A model generated the notes under the pieces. That model did no database searches and had not been told where the DNA came from. It worked only from the letters and a program-made list of their open reading frames with translations. The translations under genes were made by a program, and so were the position numbers. A DNA stretch of 58,001 nucleotides, filler included, from Sphacelaria rigidula (Eukaryota), in assembly GCA_964200075.2 (NCBI GenBank). It is 4 parts of 4 records of this genome, joined end to end, with 100 filler letters (N's around TTAATTAATTAA, not from the genome) between each part and the next. Parts side by side here need not be neighbours in the genome. Positions count along the whole stretch, not along the records: positions 14,529 to 28,953 come from CAXNAA020002253.1; positions 29,054 to 43,478 come from CAXNAA020002254.1; 2 more parts are not named here. The stretch is one strand, 5' to 3'. Positions 25,596 to 38,112 of this stretch are shown here, one piece after another. The stretch's first letter is position 1; each line of letters starts with the position of its first letter.

Positions 25596-26894
25596 TTGGT
25601 ATCACAACAACAAAAAATTGCTCGACAACGCAACAAAAGTGGGACTGCAGTGGTGAGCTAGGTTCGTTGTAAGAACCCTCCCATCCGACGAGGGGGGCGT
25701 TGATCGCGCGAATCGTCAGCCCTGCTTATTATTGTCACATTGCCATGGTTAAATTCTCGTGTGGCATCTCGTGTACCCTGCGTCAAGTCAACAAAGGTGT
25801 TGACAAAAGCGAAGCATCATATCGCCGCGTATGTTGCCCCCCCCCCTTGGCGCACAAACGTGCCCAGTAACCTGTACTGTTTATATGTATCACCGAGCGC
25901 CGCCGCCATAGCTCCCCCCCAAAACATGGCTGCTTCGAGGAGGCAAAATCTAGATGAAGATCAGAATAACAAAAGCCGAGCACACCGAGCAGCCGGGAAC
26001 CCGAAAGCTTAGAATCGTTTCCGCCGATGTCGCTCGAATGAGACGCTTCATGCAATCTGAAACCAGCTACCGTGTGCTGTATTGCTGTTTGGCCATCTTT
26101 TTCGCTTCAGTTTGGGGCTGGTTTGGGAGGGGGGGGGGGGGTGCTATTGCCGCTTCACTCCAACCCAACGAGAAATACACCATACAAGCAAGGACCATGA
26201 GGGATTTTTCGGCTGTTTGTGCTCAGTCGCGTAAAATATCTTGCCCCCGCCTAGGGGGTGTGTGGTTGGAACGATCTGGCACGGGGGTTGAAGTGTAGAC
26301 GGTGCGTATGGTGTGCTGCTGAGGGACTGGACAACTGCTTGGCAACACTCTCGGTAATGATCGATATGCGACAATCGATCAACGACGTATCAGTCAAATG
26401 CTGACACACTACACAAGGGTGGTACCGCGAAGTTGACTTCGAAAGTAGACAGTAGAAGGGACCATCTGAGAGAAAAAGCTGCTTTGCCATCCATCGAAAC
26501 CATCAACTCAACTTGTCGAATACACGAGAAACGCCCCTGTCCAACTATCAAAAAAGCTTGCTCTGTCACGCGAACTGCCCACCACGTGAAAGCCATGCAA
26601 GTACGCGTGTTACCGCTGGCATACGACATACCGCTCATGTCTGCTTCGGATCGTACCCTGTACCGCTTGTACATACGGTGTACATTTCTGATGTGGGCCT
26701 TTGAAATACCGGTGCATGGTTGCTCTTTCTTATTTCACGATTGTCGCTTGCCGTCTCGGCCGCCGCCGACGGATTGGGGTCAGCACAGGAGCTAATGGTG
26801 CTGCAACAGGTTGCTGGATCACAGTATAGCACAGTAGTGCCTAGGGCCGAACCTCTCGAGAGCATGGCAGCGCGTGCACTGCGCCAAGTTGACG

Positions 26895-27085
26895 GGGGGT
26901 TTTAGTGGGTCCGACCCCCACACTGCCTTGAGGCAAAGCTTGCAAACGCTCGAGGCGCCCGCCTACCCCACACGACTGCTACTAGACAGTCTGGCCGGGC
27001 CTCCGGGTAATCGGCGCACGACCCCGCTTGCGGGGTAAGTGCTGGATTAGGTTTCCTCCTTCCGTCAAGGGGAAGAAAAAAATAA
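26895..27085 (+). repeat. Interspersed ~180-bp repeat, probable retroelement 3' tail (copy 2)
   Basis: Homologous to 10752-10930; A-rich end. Confidence 0.7.
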
Positions 27086-30000
27086 CACCTCCAATCAAGC
27101 ACCGTGCAATTAGCTGAACAGACAAGATATGAACACGGAGTACAGCAGCACGTAGTACCGTACTGACAGCAAACGCAATGCAGGGAGGATGCAGCAACAG
27201 TACGGTACAGCCAGGATCGCTGTGCAGCAGTAGACCCAGTACACACAGCTAAAGTAGACAGCTGTACGGTACATGCATGCATAAACAAGCGGCAACGGCT
27301 ACGGTACATGCAGAACACCAGTAAAAACAGCACTGTTCAGTACATGCAAGCATGGATTAGGACAGCATGGACAATATATAGTACAGCGGCCAGTGCTTCG
27401 TTCCCCGAATGGATGATGGCAAGTAATATGCCGGCCGGTGTCCCCATCTCGGTGTAATACTCGCTCAAGCAATTTCGGAGTTATCACAAACGGTTTCGGG
27501 AACTGGTTTCGCCTGTTTCCGCCGAAAAACGTTATCGGGCAAACGTCATTACCAGAATTTTTTCCCATTTTTTTTCCGGGTCATAAGAAGCGACCTTGGC
27601 AGTTGAAGGCCGAATCGTAATTGCGAATGATTATCTTCATGCTCCTTTCGCTGGATAATGTCACTTTGTGCAAAAGTTTTCGCCAATCCGACATATTGTA
27701 TAAGCTGGTCTGCCAATGAGCATGAAAAAGCGTCACTGCAACTTTTCCTCGATTGAGCTGACTTCGAAACTTCACACCTTGCCGTATGCGCAAACTGACA
27801 AAGGCTTTTTTGCATAAATCGGCGCTACAGGAAACGTGTCTTCTTCACGTGTTCACGCTCCTCGACTAGTTCAAAGATGGATGGCCACGTGAGATTTTCA
27901 GTTTTGCCGTCCGGTTCGAAGATGGTCGAGTGAGAGGGTTGTCTGGTTCGAATATGGTCGTGTGTCAGTGTTGCCCGGTTCGAGCTGGTCATGTGTGACT
28001 TTTTTCGGCAGACCCGATTAACCCTTATGGGAACCGGACCCCCACTAACACAGGGTTGACCCTGTGTTACTGGAATAATAAAAATAAGTCTTCGAGCGAC
28101 CTGCCCAATCACGGCGAGGCGAAATTTATCGACCAGACCCGAACGACCAGCGCGGGGATTGTTGTCGAGTGTGATGATGCAACTGCAAAGGTCGTGTGGT
28201 GCCCTATCCCTGCCGCAGATAAGCCTCCCCAGGTTTCCAAGTGCAGGATGGTCGCAGCTTGTTTTTATGGCATTACTTGCACTTAGCCTAGCGTTCCCGA
28301 GTTTTTCCGGAGTGTTTTTTGGGTCCCAACTCTATACTGAAACGCAGTACTGTATAATAACACAGGGTGGACCGGAAAAACCCGGAAGGAGTGTACATGC
28401 TATCATGTGGTCATTTTCACGAGGGACAAAACCCAGGTGGCCCGTAGAAAGACAACACGAGCTACCGTCATGAATTCTGCGTATCCTTATGCCGATGACT
28501 TGCAGTGTACAGTTAACACGTATGCGGTAGGCGGGGATGAAGAAGTGGTATATAGGCAGTTGACCTCGGTGGCTGAGAATTGCCCAGAACGTGCAAGGGA
28601 GTATGCAACGGTAGTTGCTGATGCAGTCGGGGAGGCGTACTGCACTGTACTTGTACTATACTATACTGTATGTATGCGCGCCGCAAAGCTGATATACCCT
28701 TCGAAGAAAATTTGCCGAATGCAACAAAGAGGGAAACGGCGGCCCACCCTGACCACAAAGGGCTGTGTGGCGAGGTGATAAGGACAAAAATACCATCCAA
28801 AGCCACAAGGGGCGCAGGCGGCCCGCCGGTCGCCGTATCCTGTTGGAAGCTCTCCACCGCGACCCATATTGCTTGCTACATCAGATGTACACTACCTAAT
28901 GCGCACCCTGCACCTGAAAATAGATTGGATGAAACTTTCGGTCATCATAACCCNNNNNNNNNNNNNNNNNNNNNNNNNNNNNNNNNNNNNNNNNNNNTTA
29001 ATTAATTAANNNNNNNNNNNNNNNNNNNNNNNNNNNNNNNNNNNNNNNNNNNNAGGATGAACGAGATCTCCGGTCTGTTCGTGCTTTTGGTCGGTGACAC
29101 TTTTTGGGCTCATTTTGGGGGGTCAGGCGCGCCCATAACAGTCTGTGAAGTGTCGTGCATGACACTGGAGGACCTCGAAATTGTGAGATGAAAACGCCAT
29201 GTCCAGTGCTACTGCAGGATCCACCACGTGTTGACTGCGCTTGTCGGGCATGTCTTCCTCTGTGGGTGGTGTACTCCACGAAGTGAGGTACAAATTTCTG
29301 CTGGTGCCGTATTCTTTCGCAACCACCAATCGCTGGGCACCTGCTCCCGGGTTCAATCGATACTGTATGTGGACAGACATGGATGGAGTTGGCACTGACA
29401 TACATTTCGAGTTGTGAATTTGGACGGTCGTATAGTACCACTGTTGCATGCCGGGATCACCAGATATGACGGCACGGGAAACAAAGGTGTGTTGCAGTTG
29501 GGCCATACCGCACAATGGAAGACATATTGGATCAAAAGCAGTGTCCTTCAACCCCGCATACACCCACCCACCCCTACATATTCCTCGATAAACGCAGATG
29601 TGGAAGATCCCCAAGGCTCGCGGTCGGCTTGCAAACGCTGGCGTGCTCCTGAGACGCCACCGGGGCAGCCCGAACGCGAGATACGGCGTCGTAATCGATC
29701 CCGAGGTAACCGTGCGAAAGCACTCCTGTTTCATTGACCGTGCAAAGTAGAAAAGCTGCACAGTGCACGTATCTGGCACCACTCCTCTTGTTCTCGGTGA
29801 AAAAGTGTGTTTTTTTCAGGGAATTGACCGTACGTACACCTGCTTGTATCATAGGCCGGCATAAATACCCCGCTCCCACGCTCGCAAAACTGACGCTCTG
29901 TCCCCATGCACCCTTGCGCCTTCTCCTCCGGGCAGGTGGCCACGTGCCTGCGCCACTCCGGCCGCTGTCCCGTCCGGAACATGCCACATCCGCTGTTGAA

Positions 30001-30175
30001 AGCACGCCTCGACTGACATATTCCGAGCGTGAGATATCGGCGAATAATTTGAGGGATATCGCCGGGGGCCACACCGGCGAAAGGGGTGCTGTGCGGGAGG
30101 AGTTAAGTCCCCCATCGTACGCTTCAGACCCGGCGACTGCATCATTCAGTCCCTCGGAGGCATCGATCGAATCAG

Positions 30176-32604
30176 TTGATGACGCACATGTGGAAAACCG
30201 CGGCTGCGCGGGGGGGCGCAACTACCGTCGGAGTGCAGAGCGTATCAAGCTTAGACGTCTGCCGGGTGGGGAAGGCGCGACTGGTGAAGTTTCGGTTACT
30301 TCCGTGTCGGAAAACCGAACACGGAGGGTGTCGCCATCAAATCCGTCGTCAGCATCTCTTCAAGAGGTGGGTAACAGGCTTCCAAGGCTTGCTTCGGCAA
30401 AACAACAAACACGTACGGAACTACCTTACCAGCGGTGCTTTCGAGCGAGTACTAGTCGTAAACCACGACAGGCCCTTGATCGTAACATATGGGAGCAGAT
30501 TACCGCCGACCCTACGTGGTGACACGCAGATACATGTGGCAGAAGAAGCACCGGATGCAGGCGAAGGAGAGGGCGACACAGCAGCTATGGCAGAAGAAGA
30601 GGGGTGTGGCGGTGTGAATGACCGCGGGTGGGATAATGCGAGCCGGCCATGGATCGCGGAAGTAGTGATGGCCGAGCTACCGGGGGGGGGGGCGGTGGCG
30701 ACGGAGGCGGAGTTAGCGATGTCAAACGCGAGCGTTTCCGGCGACGGGCCGGCGGAGGCAGTCTGCGAGTCGAATTCAGCGGTGGCGGCAGGTAGGCGAG
30801 GGGGGCGAGGACTGGTGATGCTGCCGATGTCGGGAGCCGCAGCAGGATTTACGGCGGACGGGGTTATCGGCGGTAGTGCTGTGCCAGGGGCGCCCCTGCG
30901 GACATATCTTAAGGCGTTGGCTCGTGGGAGAGGGCGTGAGAGAGCGATCGCGGCGATGAGGGAGCCACACGTGATGATGGCCGAGCTACCGGGGGGGGCG
31001 GTGGCGACGGCGACGGAAGTAGATATGTCAGGCGCGAGTATTTTCGGCGACGGGCTGACCGCGGCGGGCTGCGGGTCGAATTCAGGGGCAGTGGCAGGCA
31101 GGCGAGGGGAGGGAGGACCGGCGATGCCGCGGGTGTCGGGAGCTACGACAGGAATTGCGGCGGGCGGAGTTATCGGCGACAGTGCTGTCGCAGGGGCGCC
31201 CCCGCGGACATATCTTGAGGCGATGACCGGTGGGGGAGGACGTAAGGAGGGGGGCGCGCCGATGAAGGCGCCACGCGTCGATGTTGGCGCCAGTGCGGGG
31301 TTCGGGCGATTCCGAAATCATATCATGCGGCATTTTCAGGCGGCGAGGGGCCGGGAACAGCGTGGCAAAAGCACGTCTGCAAGGTTTGTTGCCCCCCCAG
31401 CGAACTACTCACGACCCGCAAGGCAATCTGCTGTGGTGGCGTCATGGCAGTGGGCCTGATCGGAGTATCCACAGCGCAGTCGGGTCCGACATAGGTGAGG
31501 GAGACATGTCCGCAGTCCACTTTATCATCCACTCGGAGAGGTTGTTCCAGAAGCAATTGACGAAGTGGCTCATGACTTCCATCGATACTGATCAATGGAT
31601 TGTCGTTCTCTTGGCGATGGCCACCGGGTGGATACCGCCGCAGGGCGCCGACGCAGTTCAGGTTATTGTCAACCGCATCGTGAGCGGTGGCCCCCGGTAT
31701 ATACTGGTGAATCAGGTGTACAGGGCGATCGTGGATCTGAGGGACGGCAGCGAAAGTGCTTGGCCGCCCGACGAGCAGTATGCTTGGCTGACACCACCTC
31801 TGAAGGTGGCCCTGTTTGTTTTCATCTACCTGTTGGCTGGCTGTGACTTCCTGCCGCGCGTGTCCGGCATTCCCTTCCTGAAGGTGTAGGACTTCGTGCT
31901 GAAGGCCGTGCGACCTCCAAACCTCTTCACGAAACCGATAGTGGAGATAGAAGACAACACCCCGAAGGTGGATATCGACGAGGGCGTCAAGCTGCTCGCT
32001 ACGGTATTGTTTTCCAAGTGCGAAAACGCCTTCGAGCAGGTCGCCGCGGCCCCGGGCCTTCTCTTCACGTGTGGGCGGGACTTGGAGTAATTCGCGAACA
32101 AGATCCGCCTCTGTATTTACTACACATGGGCACATGCCTTCCCGCTGCTGCCCATACTTGGACGCCTGTAGGAAGCACGCGCAAAATTCTGATGCAGTCT
32201 TCGAGTACCGGCGGGGGGCCTTCGGGGTTGAGATGTCCGCAATGAACTTCAACGAACGGAGATGGGGTGTGGAGCCGGAAAAGAAAACTCACCACAAGTG
32301 TGGGGTGAAGGCGGCGAGCAGAGGGGAGGTGAAGCTGACATGGGAAAACATAGTTGTGTACCTGTCAAGCCACACGTACGTTGATACATTTGGGAACGTG
32401 ATAACCCTCAGATGTGCGTGCAACCCGGAGACGACGGGGAACAGGGGTCACCGATTCCAAAAATTCAAGTGTTTGGGGAACTGCACCCTGAGCTGCGGTT
32501 GCCAGGGCCGCTGCTTCCTGCCCCAGATTCCTTCCCCACCGACCGGCGCGACTCCCATAGTTGATGTCGCCGGAGCGAATGTCGGAGCGCGCCGCCGACT
32601 TTAG
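30176..32604 (+). pseudogene. Decayed PIN-fold (XPG/FEN-like) nuclease plus Cys-rich tail, resembling Academ DNA transposon proteins
   Basis: Motifs GEGD, SIDTD, YLLAGCDFLP, then CCP.LDA.RKH.....VFEY...F....W, then CAC...C..NC..SCGC..RC. Broken by TAG at 31887, TAA at 32088 and frame changes. Confidence 0.7.
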
Positions 32605-34849
32605 AAAGGGAAGGGCGGATCCACGCCGGAGCACCGCGAGGGTGAACCCACTGCATGCCGTGGATGGGGCGAGGCGAATGGATCGACGGAGGTTTCGGGG
32701 CCCTCGGCGAATACGAGTTCTGGTGGGGAGTCGTGTCGGCGTCACAACGGGAGGTTGGGGGGAGAGAGATCTGATGCGGGAGCAGCTACCGCCAGTCGCA
32801 ATTGTTGCGATGGCGGGCCAGACGGACCGACAGAGGGCTGGTGTAAGCTTTCAGCCAGGATCTGAATTAGGGATTCCGACTCAGAGTTCATCGGGTCTGA
32901 GAAGGAGGGCTCGGCGTCGGAAGCGGGTTGCGTCCATGATGATTTCGAGTTTTGATTGAGTCGGTTGGGTAATTTCGAGGCATGTTTTTTGTAGATGCGT
33001 TGCACTCCCAGATCTGTATTAGTGGATACTCTGTTGGGTGATTTGGAGGGATGCTTGCTGTGCATACGTTGCACGCGTAGATCTGTAATAGTGGATGTTG
33101 TCTGCTCCATTACGTAGTCATATATCGTTCCTGGTGTGTATAGTTAAGGCATCCAGTGCATGGTGCGACGCGCCCTTGGGTGCATAGGTGTATGGCGAGT
33201 AGTGTGGCGACGCCCTCTGCCGAATCGCCGATTTTGCGATACTGTACATGTTGATATGAATGGCGCAAGCGTGTCGCCGCCGAAGGTGAGTCGGCAGCGA
33301 ACGATGATACTGAAGTTATCCTTTTGGAATACTGTGCAGCACGATAACCGCACGCGGATAACCTCTGCACGTGGGCTGGTTCCGATGGCGTCCTCCTAAG
33401 CCTGCGACCTGCCAAGAACCGATGAGATGGGTCATATGCTGACCATTTGGAGAATTGTACGGGGTGATTGTGTTCATCCCTCTCTCCTCCACACGCTACC
33501 TGCTGAACTTCCCCCCCCTGCACCGATTCGGGCGGTCGGTTTCCTCACCTGACCCCCCTAACAAACACCCAATCGCTGACCGCCGTGTCGCCCTTTTAGA
33601 GGTATCTCAAACTCGGCGATCCTGGATTATTGCACGAATAGTCCAGGATATCCTGGACTACGAGTTTGAGATACCTCAACGGAGATCCCGAAATAACATG
33701 GAGGATTCTCCAAATGGATCTTTGCGGAAGATCCCCCCCGGTTTATGACGTGAAGGGGCGCCAAGAACGGTGAAGAACGGTGAAGAACAGCTTCCATTTG
33801 ACAGTTACACCAACTATTAGTGTAATGCGAATCGCCACGTCACGTTTTCCGATCCTTATGGTTGAAAGTTGGAAATATGTTCGCGACCTTTCCTTGAAGA
33901 AAACCAAAATTTTGATGTTCCACGAGTCATCCCTACAACAAGATCCGGGAATTTCAGCTGGAACTTTGATAAAAGATCCATCCTGGTTTATTCTAGAACC
34001 CTGCTAAATGGAAGGATTTTTAAATAAACCAGGATGTTTCCCTGCCGCCTGTCTGTTGGGACCTACGCTTCGGGGCATCGCAGCGGAAGTGACGACATAC
34101 CGTCTATACACCTAAGGCTGCGCTGCGTTGGTAGCATGGGGGAAGAGAGTGAAAATAGTTGTCGTACCTCCCACAATAAGGAATTATGTCAAGAAAAGCG
34201 CTGCTGCTTGTGTACGTACACATGTAATAGCCCAACCTAGTGTTCGTGCGGTCGAATCTCGTAGTGTACCAACCCGATACAGAATCACGAACAAAATAGT
34301 ACAGTATAGTACACTGAACACAGCACAGTAGCACGGTACAGTACAGGGCAACGCACGGCACCAGCAGGAGTATCGCAGCAACAGACAGCGTATTGCTCGT
34401 CTTATCGAAGAGGAAACAATCAACGCACCCATGAAGCTTCCAACAGTGTGCAGCCAGCACTACGTGCCGACTGACATTGCTTTTTGGAAAGACAAACAGA
34501 ACGACAATATCGCAGCCCATGCAATCCAAACCGTCTTCGCAATGCGTGAACACCCCACAACAGAACGGACAGTGGAAGGTCCAACACATGAGAGAGGCTT
34601 GAGTGTTTTTGCTGCGGTACAGCAGTGAAACAGGACGTGTCCAATGTTTTAGTCCCCCGTCTGATTGTGGAGAGATCTTCAATTTTGGGCCAATGCCGAG
34701 TTTGAACACTCGGCCATAGTCGCGCTTCGGTCAATTCACGTGGGTCACCCTAATCTTTGTGTGGGAGGTTCGGCTCGTGATGCGGGCTTCTGTATATCCT
34801 CGACATCTTCGATTTGCCCATGTTTTGAGGCTACGCTGTAGTTGACCCT

Positions 34850-35030
34850 TGGACAGCGAGAGTAGGTCATCTGTTGAATCAGCATCAATTTCACGTGAAA
34901 AAAGTAGGCATAGTCCAGATGAACTACTTGTATGCTTGCGGTCTAGGGTATAGGTCGTCTCCTGAATCGGCATCAATTTCACTTGAAAAAAGTATGTGAT
35001 GGACTGTCAGCTCCGAGGTCCAAGGGTTCA
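34850..35030 (-). repeat. Interspersed repeat shared (inverted) with 14530-14630
   Basis: GCGAGAGTAGGTCA.CTG.TGAATC.GCATCAAT.TTCAC.TG.AAAAAGTA...GGTCCAAGG matches the reverse complement of 14530-14630. Confidence 0.75.
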
Positions 35031-35082
35031 TCGAGACTGGGCTCCAAATACTCATCGTCGATACATTTTACAAATATCGCTA

Positions 35083-35612
35083 CCCCTAACCCTAACCCCA
35101 ACCCAAGGCATGCCGAGAACCCTCGGGTAAGGGCGGTACACAGCATTCCCTAGGCAAAGTACGGCCTTGGTAGACCCCCAAGGCATACCGAGAACCCTCG
35201 GGCAACAAGGGCGTGACATAGATTCCTCAGGCGACGGGCGGCCTTGGTACAGTAGTCTTGGACGAACACGCGTTCACCAAAGGTGAGGGGCACACGGGAC
35301 CGTCAGCCCTACTGAAGATCCGATTCTGGTTGTACGTACATTAGGCATAGTGTGTTGGAAGACCTGAAATCCACGCCGCAGGCGCCGATTTCGACGAAAA
35401 CAGGTTCTGGACGAGCACCCAACCCCGACCCAAGGCGTACGAGACTCTCGGACAAGAGGGGTACATACGTTTTCGTAGCTATAGAGTGCGTTGGCAGACC
35501 TGAAATCGATGCCGCAGCCGCCGATTTCGACAAAACACGTTCTAGAGGAGCTGGGTCCACCGCTCACCTGCCCCAAACCATAATTTTTCTCAGAACTTTC
35601 CCTAACCCTAAA
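35083..35612 (+). repeat. Short CCCTAA runs bracketing ~75-bp and ~55-bp direct repeats
   Basis: CCCTAACCCTAACCCCAACCC at 35084 and CCCTAACCCTAA at 35600; CCCAAGGCAT.CCGAGAACCCTCGGG x2-3; GACCTGAAATC...CCGATTTCGAC x2. Confidence 0.75.
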
Positions 35613-36588
35613 ATCAAGTAGGTCATGTTGTCAACCATAGACATACGACCAAAGCTCTAGGTCTACTGCCTTTTACTTGAAAATGAATGATGAACAGACC
35701 GTGGCGCCGATGTGGTGCAGGAGGGATGTGCGTGTCTTGAGTTCAGAGCTTGAGCGACGGGATGGTGTTGCTCACATTCATTTTTCAAGTGAAAATAATG
35801 CAAGAACCCAGTATGATATAACTCTACTGATTTCCGGAGATATCCTTGAATCGGTTGTGGGATGGGAAGAGCCAGATATATACCAGGATAGCGGGACGCC
35901 GAGTTTGAGATACCTCTTTTGGTTCCGAAATATTACCGTCTCGCCGTCAGGCAACCATAAATTTTGCGGAGGGAGCTTTCCATTGACGATTAGAAAACAG
36001 AAAACTATAATATTCGTATATACACCCATCTCTTCGAAACAGGGTAGCATTCCTTTATCTAACCTTATATCCCCCCACGCCCCTCATATTCGGGTCCCGG
36101 CAACCAGATATTTGGAGCCCTGCGTTAAATATAATTCCAGAGAGGATACATGAAGTCACCAAATTTGTCACAAATGATTTTCACGTAGACGCCAAGATGT
36201 AGGTTATCGGATTCGAAAATTGCATGGCGTGTATCAGTTATCGATCGCTACCTGAGGTGGAGGACCCTAACCAAAGTTCGAAGAATTCCATTTTTCAAAT
36301 TGGTTGTTGTCTCAGGCCAATTGAAATCCGGCATTGGATTTCTGTGACAGAAAACTGTCTCATTTTTTCAGAATATATTTTCAGAACCAATCAGAACTTT
36401 TAAAAAAACAAGCAGAATTTTTCGAAAAACTGCCCAAAACGTGACCCCATCATATGGAGTACAGAGTACTACACTGAACACAACACAGCAATTCTGCACT
36501 ATTTTGTAGAACCCGAACACGGACTGTATACAGTATGCAATAGCTGCTTTCTCTTGTTGCAAAATTCATAGTGCCCAGAGCAATGCTA

Positions 36589-36824
36589 CGGTAGGGGTGC
36601 ACTTTTTTTCGCGAAATTATGTCTAGCTCAGGGGCTCCTAACGATTCAAGATGCACCAAAATATAGGTCAGGACATCCCCGTTTGCAAATTCATTCGGGA
36701 TATCCCCAGTACATTGGAGTAGTAATCCTGGCGTACTTTCACACATTTTCATAGGTCGCATTTTGCATGAGATAAAGGGCTCCTAACAGTTCTAACCTCA
36801 AAAAACATTTGTGCATCCCTACCG
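36589..36824. mobile_element. 236-bp MITE, TA-flanked (Tc1/mariner-like)
   Basis: TA|CGGTAGGGGTGCAC ... GTGCATCCCTACCG|TA. Confidence 0.8.
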
Positions 36825-38112
36825 TAGCATCACTCTCCAGCTACTGCTGCTGTACTACGGAAGCAAACGCCCCCGAGGTGCCACCCCACGTTTACCGTCA
36901 TTACGAACATAACAATACAAAACACGAACTGCAGCAGTCGTGGCCGCCACACATCAACGTTACTGCAGTGAACCGTGTGCCTGAACCGACACCACCACAC
37001 TTTTGGCGTTTCTTCTTGTTGGTGAAAACTTTGGCATCTAGTTTTGTGGCAGGGTCTACCGACTGAGCTGCGTGTTGGGGTGGGCGATCGCTGTTCACCT
37101 GCATCGGAATTCCCCCTGTTTTTTAATCGATTCCCTCTCACGCATTACACTTGCAACCACGCGCCACAGACATCAGATGACACCCAAACCTGAACGGTAA
37201 TGTACCGCTGCGCCTGCTCCGTGCGCTGCGAAAGAAAGCACGGGATAAAATGCCTTGCTGCCAGAGAAAACTCGGCAAAAGTGGTGAAAAATGTGAAATA
37301 GTACATGTACATATATGGTACCCTCCACAATTGAAATTAGACAGTTGAATGGAATCAAAGAATGCTTTGACCATGCTGATAACCACCGTTTCAACCCACC
37401 CAGCGATCTGAGCGCCTAGCGACGCCGAACCTGTCGCTCTGATACCCACCTGTGGCACCACCCAACATATTTTCAAAGTTTCAGCTTCATCACACATGAG
37501 GTGTGCCTTACGCCTGACCCCCCGAAATACCGCCTCCATATTATCGAAAAGAAGATTGTGTGAGCTGGGATCGATGTAAACATTCGCACTGCAAGGTGCA
37601 ATCGGAAGAAACATTACTGTTATACGATCGTATTTGATTCAGGATCTGCAGCAGGTTCGGTGTTTCTCCCGTCGCCTGTCCTCTGAAGACGCGACATCAA
37701 TTTTTGCATACTGCAGAATACAACAAGCATAAAAGAGCTCACGACATCATCCTGCTGTCACAGAGATTCACCCGGTGGAGCGAGATTCGCACTGTGACCT
37801 AAGATAAGCTTTTGAGAGTCAATTGATCAAGAGGTGACCTATGTTAACAAAGCGATACGCACATATCTGTTTTTCGCTGACAAAGCCCCGATCTTCTATC
37901 AGAACTTGGGAATAACTCAGTGGTTCCTTTTTCGACTGGCTGAGTTGTATGGCATAAATGGTTTGAATCAGAGGTAGGTTTTCCCACTGTATGAGTTATA
38001 CCACAATATCGCAAAACTGAGTTAATTCATGAGTTGTCCGACGTGGGATTGATTGGAATGACAAGACATAAGGCTCATGCCTTCGGTTTCCGACACGAGT
38101 ATCTGTTGGCAG

